Origin: Leptospira biflexa | Lineage (GTDB): Bacteria > Spirochaetota > DYNZ01 | Assembly (NCBI GenBank): GCA_020720805.1 | Contig: DYNZ01000002.1 | Location: 1,861 to 65,860, forward strand | Direction: 5' to 3' | Length of the DNA: 64,000 bases | In this document: positions 44,336 through 54,409 of the stretch, in pieces | How positions within the stretch are numbered: position 1 is the first letter of the stretch | Layout of the letters: the number at the start of each line of letters is the position of its first letter | Program-made: the position numbers and the translations under genes | Notes under the pieces: generated by a model | What the model was told of the DNA's origin: nothing | Databases searched by the model: none | Seen by the model: the letters and a program-made list of their open reading frames with translations, nothing else

Positions 44336-45355
44336 ATGAGCCAACAAAAAAAACAGATTGCGATTATAGGTCTGGGGCTGTTAGGCGGGTCAATAGCCTT
44401 AGCGATTCAACAGGCGGCTGGAATGAACGATGTTCATATTATCGGCTATGACCAATCGCAGGAGGTGATGGATTTTGCTCTCTCTTCTGGAATCGTTCAT
44501 GAGGTTCTTTCTCTCGAGAAGCTATATAGCCAGGAGATCGTAGCGGCATTGGATTTGCTTTTTCTTGCTATTCCCGTGAATGGAATTATCGATCAGTTGA
44601 GAAATATTTTAACTCTTGTTGATAGCATGGCGGTAAGGCCTAATCTTACAATCACAGATGTTGGATCGACGAAACTTGACATTTGTCGTTATGCCTGGAG
44701 TTTTCACAGTGGTGATTGCTTTATTGGCTCGCACCCCATGGCTGGAAAAGAGAATAGCGGCCTGGAGTATGCAAGTGCTGATCTCTATCGTCAAGCTACA
44801 ATTTTTTTATGTAGTCAAGAGATGCCTGCTAACGATGCAAAGCAAAGTAACAGACACAAAGATAAAGTCGCCTCTTTCTGGGAAATGCTGGGGGGGATAC
44901 CATCCGAGATATCGCCTGATTGCCATGATGTGGTTGTCGCTCATACCAGCCATTTACCCCATCTATTATCCATGTCATTAATGTCCTATCTTGGTAAGCA
45001 CCCGTTATTAAAAGAGTCATTGTTTACGGAGCAAAAAAAATGGTTTGGTGGTGGACTGGTTGATTTTACAAGAATTGCCGCAAGTTCTCCTTTGATGTGG
45101 GTGGACATCTTTGAACAAAATATCAAAGAGCTTCAAGTGGCATTGGATGGTTACATGGAGGAGCTGCAACAGTGGCGCAATCACCTGGGTCAATTTAAAC
45201 GTAGTGAAGTACAGGAATTATTGAGAAATAGCGCGTCGTTGCGAAATAGAATGGTGCCACCGCAAACCAAACATTATTCTATAGAGAGTGCTGCACAATC
45301 GCAATTGGATCACCAATCCATAAAAACAGGAGGACCACATGAAAAAAAAAATTAA
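44336..45355 (+). CDS. tyrA: Prephenate dehydrogenase
   Basis: Rossmann IAIIGLGLLGGSIALAI, 339 aa, between pheA and aroA. Confidence 0.8.
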   Translation: MSQQKKQIAIIGLGLLGGSIALAIQQAAGMNDVHIIGYDQSQEVMDFALSSGIVHEVLSLEKLYSQEIVAALDLLFLAIPVNGIIDQLRNILTLVDSMAVRPNLTITDVGSTKLDICRYAWSFHSGDCFIGSHPMAGKENSGLEYASADLYRQATIFLCSQEMPANDAKQSNRHKDKVASFWEMLGGIPSEISPDCHDVVVAHTSHLPHLLSMSLMSYLGKHPLLKESLFTEQKKWFGGGLVDFTRIAASSPLMWVDIFEQNIKELQVALDGYMEELQQWRNHLGQFKRSEVQELLRNSASLRNRMVPPQTKHYSIESAAQSQLDHQSIKTGGPHEKKN

Positions 45356-46691
45356 TCCCATCGATAAAATACAAGGAAATTTAATTCTTCCTGGAGATAA
45401 ATCTATTTCGCATCGGGCTGTTATTTTTTCTTCCTTAATGAAGGATGATGTGATGATCAGCGGAATCTTAGATTCGGGGGATATTCATTCTACTATGCGC
45501 GCCTGTTCCTCGCTGGGAGTAAAATTCGAAAAGCGCGAAAGCTATCTCCGCAAAAGTGGATCTGTTCTTCAGAATCGTCCTCTTGCTGTTGATCTTGGAT
45601 CTATTGATTTGGGCAATAGTGGAACCTCCATTCGTTTGCTAACTGGTTTATTCGCCGGTATGCCTGATGTTCGAGTAGAATTTTTTGGCGACGCCTCTTT
45701 GAATAAAAGACCAATGCGGCGGGTCGCGGAACCATTAAATCTTTGTGGAGCCGATGTAACTGTTTCGGATAAGGGGACTCCTCCCGTAAGGATTTCCGGA
45801 AAAAAACTTAATACAATTCAATACAATTCCCCTGTCTCATCTGCTCAAATAAAGTCTTCGTTAATGTTGGCAGCGCTTTCGTCGCAGGCAGATTTGGTTT
45901 TTGCTGAACCATGGTTGAGCCGGGATCATACTGAGCGGTTCCTACATTTTTTAGATGTAAATTTATCTCAGGAGGAGAGGCAAGTTTCCGGATGGCAAAA
46001 TTTGCCTGAATCCTGGCAAAGGGAGGGAATCGCAACTTATTTTTCTTATAAAATGTCACCCCCATACACGATTACATCGAAGGATATCATAGTGCCAGGA
46101 GATATCTCGTCTGCGGCTTTTTTTATGGTATTGGCTACGATTCTTCCGAATTCGATATTGCATCTGAAGCGGGTAGGGCTAAATCCATCCAGGACAGGAA
46201 TTCTGAAGGCATTAGAGCGCATGGGTGCTAACATTGCTGTTGAAATGGAGGTATCTTCACCTGAGCCAATGGGTACAGTGCGCATTGAAAGCGGGCCCAC
46301 TAGAGGAACGGTTTTTTCCGGGGAGATCATTCCGAATATAATCGATGAGATTCCTATACTATCCGTCCTTGCTGCCTTTTCGGAGGGGGATACTCGATTT
46401 GAAGGGGTGGGAGAGCTTCGCGTCAAAGAGTCCGATAGGATAGCCGCGGTGGAGACCAATTTGCGCAGTTGTGGAATAGAGGTAGAATCGTGGTCGGATG
46501 GATTTGTTGTTCACGGTAAACCAGGAAAAGTGCGTGGGGGAAAAATTCAATCGATGCATGACCACCGCATCGTCATGTCTTTTTCTGTGCTTGGACTTGC
46601 CTCATTAGAGGGAACAGAGATTGATGATATAAGCTGGATAGATACCTCCTTCCCAAATTTTTATCAACTATTGGAGAGTGTGGCTCAATGA
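45339..46691 (+). CDS. aroA: 3-phosphoshikimate 1-carboxyvinyltransferase (EPSP synthase)
   Basis: LPGDKSISHRAVIFSSL, 450 aa. Confidence 0.92.
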   Translation: MKKKINPIDKIQGNLILPGDKSISHRAVIFSSLMKDDVMISGILDSGDIHSTMRACSSLGVKFEKRESYLRKSGSVLQNRPLAVDLGSIDLGNSGTSIRLLTGLFAGMPDVRVEFFGDASLNKRPMRRVAEPLNLCGADVTVSDKGTPPVRISGKKLNTIQYNSPVSSAQIKSSLMLAALSSQADLVFAEPWLSRDHTERFLHFLDVNLSQEERQVSGWQNLPESWQREGIATYFSYKMSPPYTITSKDIIVPGDISSAAFFMVLATILPNSILHLKRVGLNPSRTGILKALERMGANIAVEMEVSSPEPMGTVRIESGPTRGTVFSGEIIPNIIDEIPILSVLAAFSEGDTRFEGVGELRVKESDRIAAVETNLRSCGIEVESWSDGFVVHGKPGKVRGGKIQSMHDHRIVMSFSVLGLASLEGTEIDDISWIDTSFPNFYQLLESVAQ

Positions 46692-47383
46692 AACGGATCA
46701 TTGCCATAGATGGACCAGCTGGAGCAGGTAAGTCAACAATAGCCCGTACTCTGGCAAATCAATTGGGTATGGTTTATTTTGATTCAGGTGCGATCTATCG
46801 TTTTTTTACCTGGGTAATCCTGGATAGAGATCGAGAGATATCCACAGAGGTTGATTATACAACTTTTCTTGCTGAGATGCTTTTTCAATTTGATATCCAG
46901 TGGGAGGGGAGCGATCGATTAATCCTTTTCCGTCAAGAGGAGATCAGCAGCAAATTGCGTCAGGAGTCGGTTAGCGCTGAAATTTACAAAATAGCAGATA
47001 AGTCACCCTATCGAAACCAGGCCAACTCCTACATGAGGAGGCTTAGTATGCGCTATGATATGGTGATCGACGGCAGGGATATTGGCACTGTGGTCTTTCC
47101 TGAGACGCCTTATAAATTTTATCTGGATGCCTCTCTACAGGTAAGGGCACGCAGGCGCTATCTTGAGCTAGTGGCGGCCAATCCGGAACAGGATTTCCTT
47201 TTAGAGGAAATTGAGAAAACAGTTGCGGAACGGGACAGTAAGGATCGAAATCGGCCATCAGGCGCACTTCGAAAAGCGGAGGATGCCATTGTTATCGAAT
47301 CTGGGGAGCTCTCTGTCGAGGCGGTTGTAAAACTTTTTATCCAGGAAATCAGACGTATTGAAAAACAGTGCCTTGACTCTTGA
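46688..47383 (+). CDS. cmk: Cytidylate kinase
   Basis: IIAIDGPAGAGKSTIARTLANQLG..FDSGAIYR. Confidence 0.92.
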   Translation: MKRIIAIDGPAGAGKSTIARTLANQLGMVYFDSGAIYRFFTWVILDRDREISTEVDYTTFLAEMLFQFDIQWEGSDRLILFRQEEISSKLRQESVSAEIYKIADKSPYRNQANSYMRRLSMRYDMVIDGRDIGTVVFPETPYKFYLDASLQVRARRRYLELVAANPEQDFLLEEIEKTVAERDSKDRNRPSGALRKAEDAIVIESGELSVEAVVKLFIQEIRRIEKQCLDS

Positions 47384-47482
47384 AATTATGAAATGGTTGA
47401 CAGATACAGCCTGCTAAAAAATATGGGGCTAATAGAAACCTACCGAAATATTACATCATTCCATTAGATCAAAGGTAAAATT

Positions 47483-49204
47483 GTGGTGTCAGAAGCAACT
47501 TCTTCAAATGCAAAAAGTCTTGAAAATATGTCCGATGCGGAGCTGGATGCTCTGGACATGGAATCTCTCCTGAATCTGGAGACAAACAGCAATAATGATT
47601 ATATAGGCAAAGGTGAACTAGTTACGGGAACAGTCGTTCAGATTGATAACCAGTATATCTATCTAAATTATGGACAAAAGGCAGAGGGTCGAGTTCTCCG
47701 GGAAGAAGTGGAAGGTGAAGTAAACATCCATGACCAGTTTAATGCAATCGTGATCAGGCCTGAAGGCGCAGATGGTCTTTCTGTGCTTTCCATTGCCGAG
47801 GCAAACAAAAAAATTGCCTGGGATCGTTTGCGTATGGAAGAGGATCTTTCCAACATGATCCTTGAGGGAAAGATTTCTCATGCCGTGAATGGCGGTTATC
47901 TGGTCAACATCTCAGGACTGCAATTTTTTCTTCCTGGTAGCCAGCTTGGCCAGATGAAGATAAAAGATGTATCAGAGGTCATTGGCAAGGTTTATGATTT
48001 TAAAATATTAAAATTGGATGACAGACGTCGTTCCGGCGTATTGTCCCGTAAACAGCTTCTGGATGATCGTCGCCAGGAAGATTGGGCAAAATTTATTCAA
48101 AAATACAAAGAGCACGATGTTGTGCAAGGAAATATAAAAGGAATTACCGAATACGGCGCCTTTGTTGAGGTCGAGGGCATCAAAGGGCTTTTGCATGTCA
48201 GCGATATGTCGTGGCGGAAAAATGCCCGACCAAAGGACATCGTCAAAAAAGGTCAGGATATGACAGTCAAGATTCTGAGCCTTGACCTTGAAAACCAAAG
48301 GGTTGCCTTTGGAACCAAGCAGTTGAGTGAAGATCCCTGGAGTACATTTCTGGAGAGTCATAAGGAAGGGGATCAATTGAAGGGGCGCGTCACGCAGCTG
48401 GTGACCTATGGAGCTTTTGTCGAGGTCGCAGAGGGTGTTGAGGGGTTGATACATCTTTCAGAGTTATCCTGGTCACGCCGTATCAACCATCCCAAGCAGG
48501 TGCTGAATAAAGGTGATGAAGTTGAAGTTAGTATTCTCAAAATTGATGAAAATGAAAAGCGCCTCTCTTTGTCTTTGAAAGATGTCGTTGAAAATCCCTG
48601 GGGAAAAATTGCACAACAGTATCAGGTAGGGCAGATTTTAACTGGCAAAGTGACAAAATTAACGAATTTTGGAGCTTTTGTGGAAATCAGCAAGGATGTG
48701 GAAGGTTTGATCCATGTCAACGATCTTAGCTGGGACGAAGTGGGCAGTCCGCGTAAAGTGGTAAAAGAGGGCGACGAGGTAGAATTTAAGATTATGGAGA
48801 TGGTTCCGGAAGAGCGGAAAATCTCCTGTTCAATCAAGCACTTGAGTGCAAGTCCATGGGATGTTTTAAAACAAAAATATCCGCCACGCACGAGAATCCG
48901 GGGAAAGGTAACCGGTGTTGTACCCTTCGGAGTTTTTATCGAAATCGAAGAAAAAGTAGAAGGTCTTGTGCATATCAGTCATATCAGTGGCAAGAAAAGC
49001 GAAAATATAGCGGAGAGCTTCCAAAAAGGTGAAGAGGTCGATGCTGTTGTACTTGGAGTTGATGCAGCCAAGAAGAGAATCTCCCTATCGATCAAAGATT
49101 TTGAGAAGCAGAGAGAACGGGAAACCATCGAAAAATTTATGCATGAGCCGGGAAAGTCACAGCGTATGACGCTGGGTGAGATGATTAAACTGGATCAGGA
49201 GTAA
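47483..49204 (+). CDS. rpsA: 30S ribosomal protein S1 (six S1 domains; GTG start)
   Basis: Repeated G.V..I..YGAFVEI S1 motifs; cmk-rpsA synteny. Confidence 0.93.
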   Translation: MVSEATSSNAKSLENMSDAELDALDMESLLNLETNSNNDYIGKGELVTGTVVQIDNQYIYLNYGQKAEGRVLREEVEGEVNIHDQFNAIVIRPEGADGLSVLSIAEANKKIAWDRLRMEEDLSNMILEGKISHAVNGGYLVNISGLQFFLPGSQLGQMKIKDVSEVIGKVYDFKILKLDDRRRSGVLSRKQLLDDRRQEDWAKFIQKYKEHDVVQGNIKGITEYGAFVEVEGIKGLLHVSDMSWRKNARPKDIVKKGQDMTVKILSLDLENQRVAFGTKQLSEDPWSTFLESHKEGDQLKGRVTQLVTYGAFVEVAEGVEGLIHLSELSWSRRINHPKQVLNKGDEVEVSILKIDENEKRLSLSLKDVVENPWGKIAQQYQVGQILTGKVTKLTNFGAFVEISKDVEGLIHVNDLSWDEVGSPRKVVKEGDEVEFKIMEMVPEERKISCSIKHLSASPWDVLKQKYPPRTRIRGKVTGVVPFGVFIEIEEKVEGLVHISHISGKKSENIAESFQKGEEVDAVVLGVDAAKKRISLSIKDFEKQRERETIEKFMHEPGKSQRMTLGEMIKLDQE

Positions 49205-49222
49205 TCGGGAAATCGAACTATT

Positions 49223-50032
49223 ATGATGAAGCGAAAAGGTAGTACCAAGACAAATCCTGATACAACCCGGGAAGATGTCCATGTCCGGCGAAATGCAATA
49301 GAGACAGCTCTGCTGGATATAAAACATTATGTGCAGAATAATGGCAGGGTTGTGCTTCGTGCAGGGTTGATCCTGGTACTACTCGTTATTACGGGTGCAG
49401 TGTTCTATGGTGTCCTCGGATCCGCCAAAAAAAGCTCGTATGAGGAACTTTATAAGGCGAGGAAAATATTGACCGAAGCTAAAGAGCAGCTTGATATGGC
49501 TGACCTATTAGGTGGAGTTTCGGATAAACCTAAAGAGGGAAGCTCTTTTCAGGAGAAGTCCCGAAAAGAGGCAATAGGGAAAGTAGATCAATCGATTCAG
49601 GCTCTTCGTAATATCGAGGGCTCTTTGTTGTACTCATTTTCCGGGGCAAAAGCGCTGGCATCCTATTATATAGCCATGGCACATCTCTATAAAGTCGATT
49701 ATACTCAGGCTGCGGACCAATTCGCTCGTTTTGCGGACAAAAACCCGGATTATTTTTTAGCGATCTCTGCCAAGAAAAAGCAAGGCTATAGTCTTGAGAT
49801 GTTAAAAAAATATAAAGAGGCTTTTGCTGCCTATTCTGAGCTATACAAGAAGAATGGTGACAGCTATATGGCTGCCCAGGCACTGTTTGATATGGGTAGA
49901 ATGGCAGAGAAGCAGCAGCAGTTGGATATTGCCAGAAAGCACTACACAGATCTCATTCAAAAATTTCAGAATAAATCGTTTTATTTCGTCAGAATGGCCC
50001 AGAAAAGGTTATATCTGATTGGTAAATCCTGA
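49223..50032 (+). CDS. Membrane-anchored TPR-like helical-repeat protein (YfgM-like architecture)
   Basis: N-terminal TM (LILVLLVITGAVFYGVLG) followed by helical repeats rich in A/Y/K. Confidence 0.45.
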   Translation: MMKRKGSTKTNPDTTREDVHVRRNAIETALLDIKHYVQNNGRVVLRAGLILVLLVITGAVFYGVLGSAKKSSYEELYKARKILTEAKEQLDMADLLGGVSDKPKEGSSFQEKSRKEAIGKVDQSIQALRNIEGSLLYSFSGAKALASYYIAMAHLYKVDYTQAADQFARFADKNPDYFLAISAKKKQGYSLEMLKKYKEAFAAYSELYKKNGDSYMAAQALFDMGRMAEKQQQLDIARKHYTDLIQKFQNKSFYFVRMAQKRLYLIGKS

Positions 50033-50051
50033 GAAAAGGGGTACTCTTCGC

Positions 50052-50672
50052 GTGATTTCCATTGCACTTCCCAAAGGAAGAATGGCAGAAGATTCCATTT
50101 CTCTGATGGCTCGAGCAGGAATTACCAGGGAAGAGATTGACATTAAAGGACGAAAGCTTTCCTTTACCGATGTCGATGATCGCATCAAAGTTTTACTTGT
50201 CCGGTCTCAGGATGTGGCGACCTACGTCGAGCATGGTATTGCCGATCTAGGAGTTGTAGGCAAGGATGTTTTACTAGAGCAGGATAAAAAAGTTTATGAA
50301 CTGCTGGATCTGAAATTTGGCTATTGCCGCATTTCTCTTGCAGGACCCCAAAATCATGTCAAGCCCGCTATTCAAGGTAGTGTTCGAGTCGCCACAAAAT
50401 ACACCCGCATCACGGAAGCATTCTTCGCAGGAAAAGGTCAGGATACAGAAATTATAAAACTGTATGGCTCGGTTGAGTTGGGTCCCATTACAGGATTGAC
50501 CCATTATATCGTTGACCTTGTATCCACGGGTCAAACATTAAAAGAGAACGGTTTGGAAGAGCTGGAAACTATTTTTGAATCCACTGCCAGGCTGATCTGT
50601 AATCGGTCAAGCTTTGTCATGCGCAATCAAGACATTCAAAATATTGTCACCCTCATCCAGCCACATTTATAA
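50052..50672 (+). CDS. hisG: ATP phosphoribosyltransferase, short form (GTG 50052; track start 50019 would overlap upstream gene)
   Basis: ISIALPKGRMAEDSISLMARAGI.., about 207 aa. Confidence 0.85.
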   Translation: MISIALPKGRMAEDSISLMARAGITREEIDIKGRKLSFTDVDDRIKVLLVRSQDVATYVEHGIADLGVVGKDVLLEQDKKVYELLDLKFGYCRISLAGPQNHVKPAIQGSVRVATKYTRITEAFFAGKGQDTEIIKLYGSVELGPITGLTHYIVDLVSTGQTLKENGLEELETIFESTARLICNRSSFVMRNQDIQNIVTLIQPHL

Positions 50673-50750
50673 TAGCGTGGATTGATTTTTTTAAAAGATC
50701 TTATTTTAAGAAAATATATAAGAAAAACAAACAAGTTAAGAGGTATTTTT

Positions 50751-51083
50751 ATGGCAATGGATGCCCCAGTTCATGTAGATAAACATAGTTTTCATCAGGT
50801 TGTTTTGCAGTCAAGTCTGCCTGTAGTTGTCGATTTTTGGGCACCCTGGTGCGCCCCATGTCGCCTGATTGCGCCCCATCTGGATGCATTGGCAAAAGAG
50901 CTTTCCGGAAAGATCGTTATCGCCAAACTGAACACGGATGAAGATCCAGAGTTGGCGGGAACATACCAGGTAAGCGGCATTCCAACGCTTATGGTTTTTA
51001 AGGGTGGGGAGGTTGTGGAGCGTTTGGTAGGAGCTTTGCCCAAAGAGGCATTGAAGCAGAAGCTATCCCGTCATTTAAGCTGA
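50751..51083 (+). CDS. trxA: Thioredoxin (ATG 50751 with AAGAGG RBS; track ORF begins upstream at 50682)
   Basis: WAPWCAPCR active site, 110 aa. Confidence 0.92.
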   Translation: MAMDAPVHVDKHSFHQVVLQSSLPVVVDFWAPWCAPCRLIAPHLDALAKELSGKIVIAKLNTDEDPELAGTYQVSGIPTLMVFKGGEVVERLVGALPKEALKQKLSRHLS

Positions 51084-51233
51084 AAAAATAAAAATAGCTG
51101 GGAATAGCCAATTTATCCAGGCAGAAAGGGGCTGACATGGCTTTACCATGGGATTGCTAATTTCTGTTGGGAATAGATTCGCCGGAAAATAAGGAATTTA
51201 CGTCAATAAGAGACGTTTTTTCCTTACTTCAGC

Positions 51234-51262
51234 TTGACAAAGGTGGATTTTTAGTGTAAAGT
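51234..51262 (+). promoter_or_regulatory. Sigma70-like promoter candidate TTGACA-17nt-TAAAGT with TG extended -10, upstream of carD
   Basis: Hexamers and spacing read directly. Confidence 0.4.
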
Positions 51263-51305
51263 TCACATCATTATTTTTGTTAGAAGGTTCAAGAAAGTTA
51301 AATAA

Positions 51306-51342
51306 TTTATAATTTATTGTTTATAAATTCGCAAGTTTATAA
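51306..51342 (+). repeat. Three phased direct repeats TTTATAA (51306, 51320, 51336) in carD leader
   Basis: Direct reading; 14-16 nt periodicity. Confidence 0.5.
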
Positions 51343-51418
51343 GGATTTATATTTTCTGCTGTATTGATCTGTGCGAGTCGTGCAGATGAAACAATGATGT
51401 GTTTAGAAAAAAAAATTA

Positions 51419-51973
51419 ATGGATGAACAAAAAAATCTAACGACCGATGAGGCTGCTGATCAGGCAGCGTTAAAAAGAGCCAAGAAGGGTATCACCAAGT
51501 ACAAGAAAGGGGACAAAGTTGTTTACCCGATGCATGGTGTTGGTCTAATTGAGGATATCAAGTCGGTTACGATTTTAGGGGTAGAAAAAAAAGTTTATGT
51601 GATTCATATCATGAACAACGGCATGACGGTTATGATCCCAACGGAAAATGTGGATAAAATCGGTTTGCGCCCTGTCATCTCCATTAATGAAGTTGATAAA
51701 GTGTTAGAAATTTTGGCGGATGAAGAGACGGAAATGGAGGAGGATTGGAAACTCCGTTACCAAATCAATATGGAGAAGGTAAAAACGGGTTCCATCTATG
51801 AGGTTGCTGAGGTGGCTCGAAATCTATACCGGCGGTCTCTTGCCAAAGATCTTTCCATTATGGAAAGAAAGCTTTATGAAAACGCATACCAGTTGATAAC
51901 AAATGAGATTGCCTTAGCGCGAAATCTGGATATTGAAGACGCTGGAAATATAATTTCTGAAGTTCTTTCTTGA
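51419..51973 (+). CDS. carD: CarD/CdnL-family RNA polymerase-binding transcription factor
   Basis: KKGDKVVYPMHGVGLIEDI N-terminal RNAP-interacting (TRCF-like) domain; synteny with ispDF. Confidence 0.8.
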   Translation: MDEQKNLTTDEAADQAALKRAKKGITKYKKGDKVVYPMHGVGLIEDIKSVTILGVEKKVYVIHIMNNGMTVMIPTENVDKIGLRPVISINEVDKVLEILADEETEMEEDWKLRYQINMEKVKTGSIYEVAEVARNLYRRSLAKDLSIMERKLYENAYQLITNEIALARNLDIEDAGNIISEVLS

Positions 51974-52007
51974 ACCAAACCTAATTTTATTAGGAGAGAG
52001 GTTCATC

Positions 52008-53027
52008 ATGGTTACGTTTGTTAGATCGGTTTTCTTGGTTGGTTCGTTGTTAGCCACCTACTTGAGTTTTTTTCATCAATCATTGACTTTTATTCTCATT
52101 GCTCTTGGCATCTCCTTTATTGTTGCTTTGGCGGTAATTATAGGCTCTGAATATCTAATCCATACCTTTCGCGTACGCAGCGTTTTTTTCTCTCTGTTGG
52201 GTCTTGGTCTAGGTCTATTCCTAGCGCATTTTTTTAACCTTGGTCTGGAAAAGCTTCCTTTTCTGAAGGATACTGTTTTTGGCCCGGTAATGCTGAATTT
52301 GCTCTATTTGGTCTTTGGTTTTGGAGTTCTGATGTTCTTTTTGGTTCACCAGGAGGAGATCGGCGATATTCTATTTAGTGGTGTTTCGCCAACGCGAGCC
52401 AAGGTTGATATCGATGAAAACAATCAAAAAATTCTTGATACATCGGTAATCATTGACGGACGAATTCTGGATATCTGTCAAACCGATTTTATTGATGGAA
52501 TATTGGTCATACCCAACTTTGTACTCAAAGAGCTCCAGTTCATCGCAGACAGCGCAGATAGTATCAAGCGCAATCGCGGTCGTCGTGGTCTTGATATTCT
52601 CAATAAAATGCAGAAAGATCCCAATATCAAAGTGAAAATCAGCGATATGGATTTTCCAGAAATTCGGGAAGTGGACTCCAAATTGGTAAAACTTGGTAAA
52701 GAACTAGGCGCAAAAGTCGTCACCAACGATTATAACCTGAATAAGGTTGCGCAGTTTCAGGGAGTGAAAGTCCTGAATATCAATGAGCTATCCAATGCCT
52801 TAAAACCAATTGTTCTTCCTGGCGAAGAGATGAGAATCATGCTGATTAAAGAGGGTAAAGATTCCAACCAGGGCGTTGCCTATCTCGAAGATGGAACTAT
52901 GGTTGTCGTCGAAAATGGTAAAGATAGAATTGGAGATGAGGTTGAGGCTGTGGTGACTTCTGTTTTGCAGACGACCGCAGGACGCATGATTTTTACGAAA
53001 TTAAAAGAAGAAATCCACCACTCCTGA
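52008..53027 (+). CDS. Membrane-anchored PIN + TRAM domain protein (YacL-like)
   Basis: 4 N-terminal TM helices, PIN-like middle, C-terminal TRAM-like beta domain (GEEMRIMLIKEGKDSNQGVAYLEDGTMVVVENG); conserved neighbour of ispD. Confidence 0.7.
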   Translation: MVTFVRSVFLVGSLLATYLSFFHQSLTFILIALGISFIVALAVIIGSEYLIHTFRVRSVFFSLLGLGLGLFLAHFFNLGLEKLPFLKDTVFGPVMLNLLYLVFGFGVLMFFLVHQEEIGDILFSGVSPTRAKVDIDENNQKILDTSVIIDGRILDICQTDFIDGILVIPNFVLKELQFIADSADSIKRNRGRRGLDILNKMQKDPNIKVKISDMDFPEIREVDSKLVKLGKELGAKVVTNDYNLNKVAQFQGVKVLNINELSNALKPIVLPGEEMRIMLIKEGKDSNQGVAYLEDGTMVVVENGKDRIGDEVEAVVTSVLQTTAGRMIFTKLKEEIHHS

Positions 53028-53031
53028 TTTT

Positions 53032-53772
53032 TTGCTAATGCAGGCCGCTGATATTGGAGTCGTTATTGTAGCCGGAGGGCAGGGATTGCGTCTCGGTAGA
53101 GATGTTCCCAAACAATTTCTCCAAGTTGGCGGCAAAGAACTTTTTCGTTATAGCCTGGATCATTTTTTACAGGCGCAAAAGAACCTGCCTGATTTTGCTG
53201 GCGCGAAGATTGTGCTTGTGCTGCCCGCAGATATGATTTTGGTTTTTCATCAACTCTATCCCATGTATTCGCAACCTGTTTCAGAAAAAAAGCTTTCCCT
53301 GACGGCCGGAGGTGCTACTCGGGCAGAATCAGTCCGGAATGGGATGTTACAGCTTACAGCGCCAACCTTTGTGTTGGTTCACGATGCAGCCAGGCCATTC
53401 TTCTCCACTGAAAAAATCCAGGCATTTATGACAAGGTTAGTTCAACTATCCAGGGAGAATCTGCTGCTAAGCGGACGGTGGGCACGCGATACCATATTGA
53501 CAAGTGACATCCAGAAGCAGCGGCTGATGGAAGTTGTTGACCGCGAAAGGGTGTTCCAGGCCGAAACACCTCAGGGTTTTTATCTCCAGGATTATGAAAA
53601 TGCACTTGCCAGGATCCAGAGACCCTCTTTAGACTTTACGGATGAAAGCTCACTGTTTTTGGAATCAGGAATGGGGATTACCCCTTTCGCGCTGGACTCC
53701 TGGAATCCAAAAATTACCTTTGCCGAAGATCTGGATCTCATGAAGGCGTATCTGCGATATAGCCATGAATAG
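53032..53772 (+). CDS. ispD: 2-C-methyl-D-erythritol 4-phosphate cytidylyltransferase
   Basis: GVVIVAGGQGLRLG.., 246 aa. Confidence 0.85.
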   Translation: MLMQAADIGVVIVAGGQGLRLGRDVPKQFLQVGGKELFRYSLDHFLQAQKNLPDFAGAKIVLVLPADMILVFHQLYPMYSQPVSEKKLSLTAGGATRAESVRNGMLQLTAPTFVLVHDAARPFFSTEKIQAFMTRLVQLSRENLLLSGRWARDTILTSDIQKQRLMEVVDRERVFQAETPQGFYLQDYENALARIQRPSLDFTDESSLFLESGMGITPFALDSWNPKITFAEDLDLMKAYLRYSHE

Positions 53773-53903
53773 TTTTTTTACTGATCTATACTATTCCTAA
53801 AGGAAATTGTTTTTTCCATTGACTTCATCGTGCCATAACAGTGTTAAAAGGATAATTAGCTATTCTTCGCAGTATATAAAAGTATCCAGATAATGAGGTT
53901 TTC

Positions 53904-54392
53904 ATGAAGCATCCTTATAGAATCGGAATTGGTTGGGATGTTCACCCTTTTGCGCCGCAGAGGAAATTAATTCTTGGCGGAGTGCAGATACCCTATGAAA
54001 AGGGACTTGAGGGGCACTCCGACGCTGATGTGCTGGTGCATGCGGTGATGGACAGCTTACTTGGAGCCGCCGGTATGCCAGATATAGGAGAGCTATTTCC
54101 GAACACGAATATGGAGTACAAAGGAGCAGACAGCCTTGAGTTGCTGCGCAAGGTCAATGACCGCCTTCGTTTGGAACATTGGTTTTTAGTAAATATAGAT
54201 TGTGTTCTTCTTTGCGAAGAGCCAAAAATTAAGCCTTACAAAGAGCAGATGAAAGACAATCTTGCCAGGGCTCTGGAAGTTCATAAGGAGAATGTCAACA
54301 TCAAGGCTACCACAACGGAAAAATTGGGATTTATCGGACGTAAAGAGGGAATAGCCGCAGAAGCCGTGGCTCTCCTGTATTTAGATAAATAA
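53904..54392 (+). CDS. ispF: 2-C-methyl-D-erythritol 2,4-cyclodiphosphate synthase
   Basis: RIGIGWDVHPF..GHSDADVLVHAVMDSLLGA. Confidence 0.93.
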   Translation: MKHPYRIGIGWDVHPFAPQRKLILGGVQIPYEKGLEGHSDADVLVHAVMDSLLGAAGMPDIGELFPNTNMEYKGADSLELLRKVNDRLRLEHWFLVNIDCVLLCEEPKIKPYKEQMKDNLARALEVHKENVNIKATTTEKLGFIGRKEGIAAEAVALLYLDK

Positions 54393-54409
54393 AATTTCAG
54401 GAAATTACG

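Noticed and set aside
50682-50750. Upstream extension of trxA ORF
   Set aside because: ATG 50751 has an AAGAGG RBS and gives a standard 110-aa thioredoxin.
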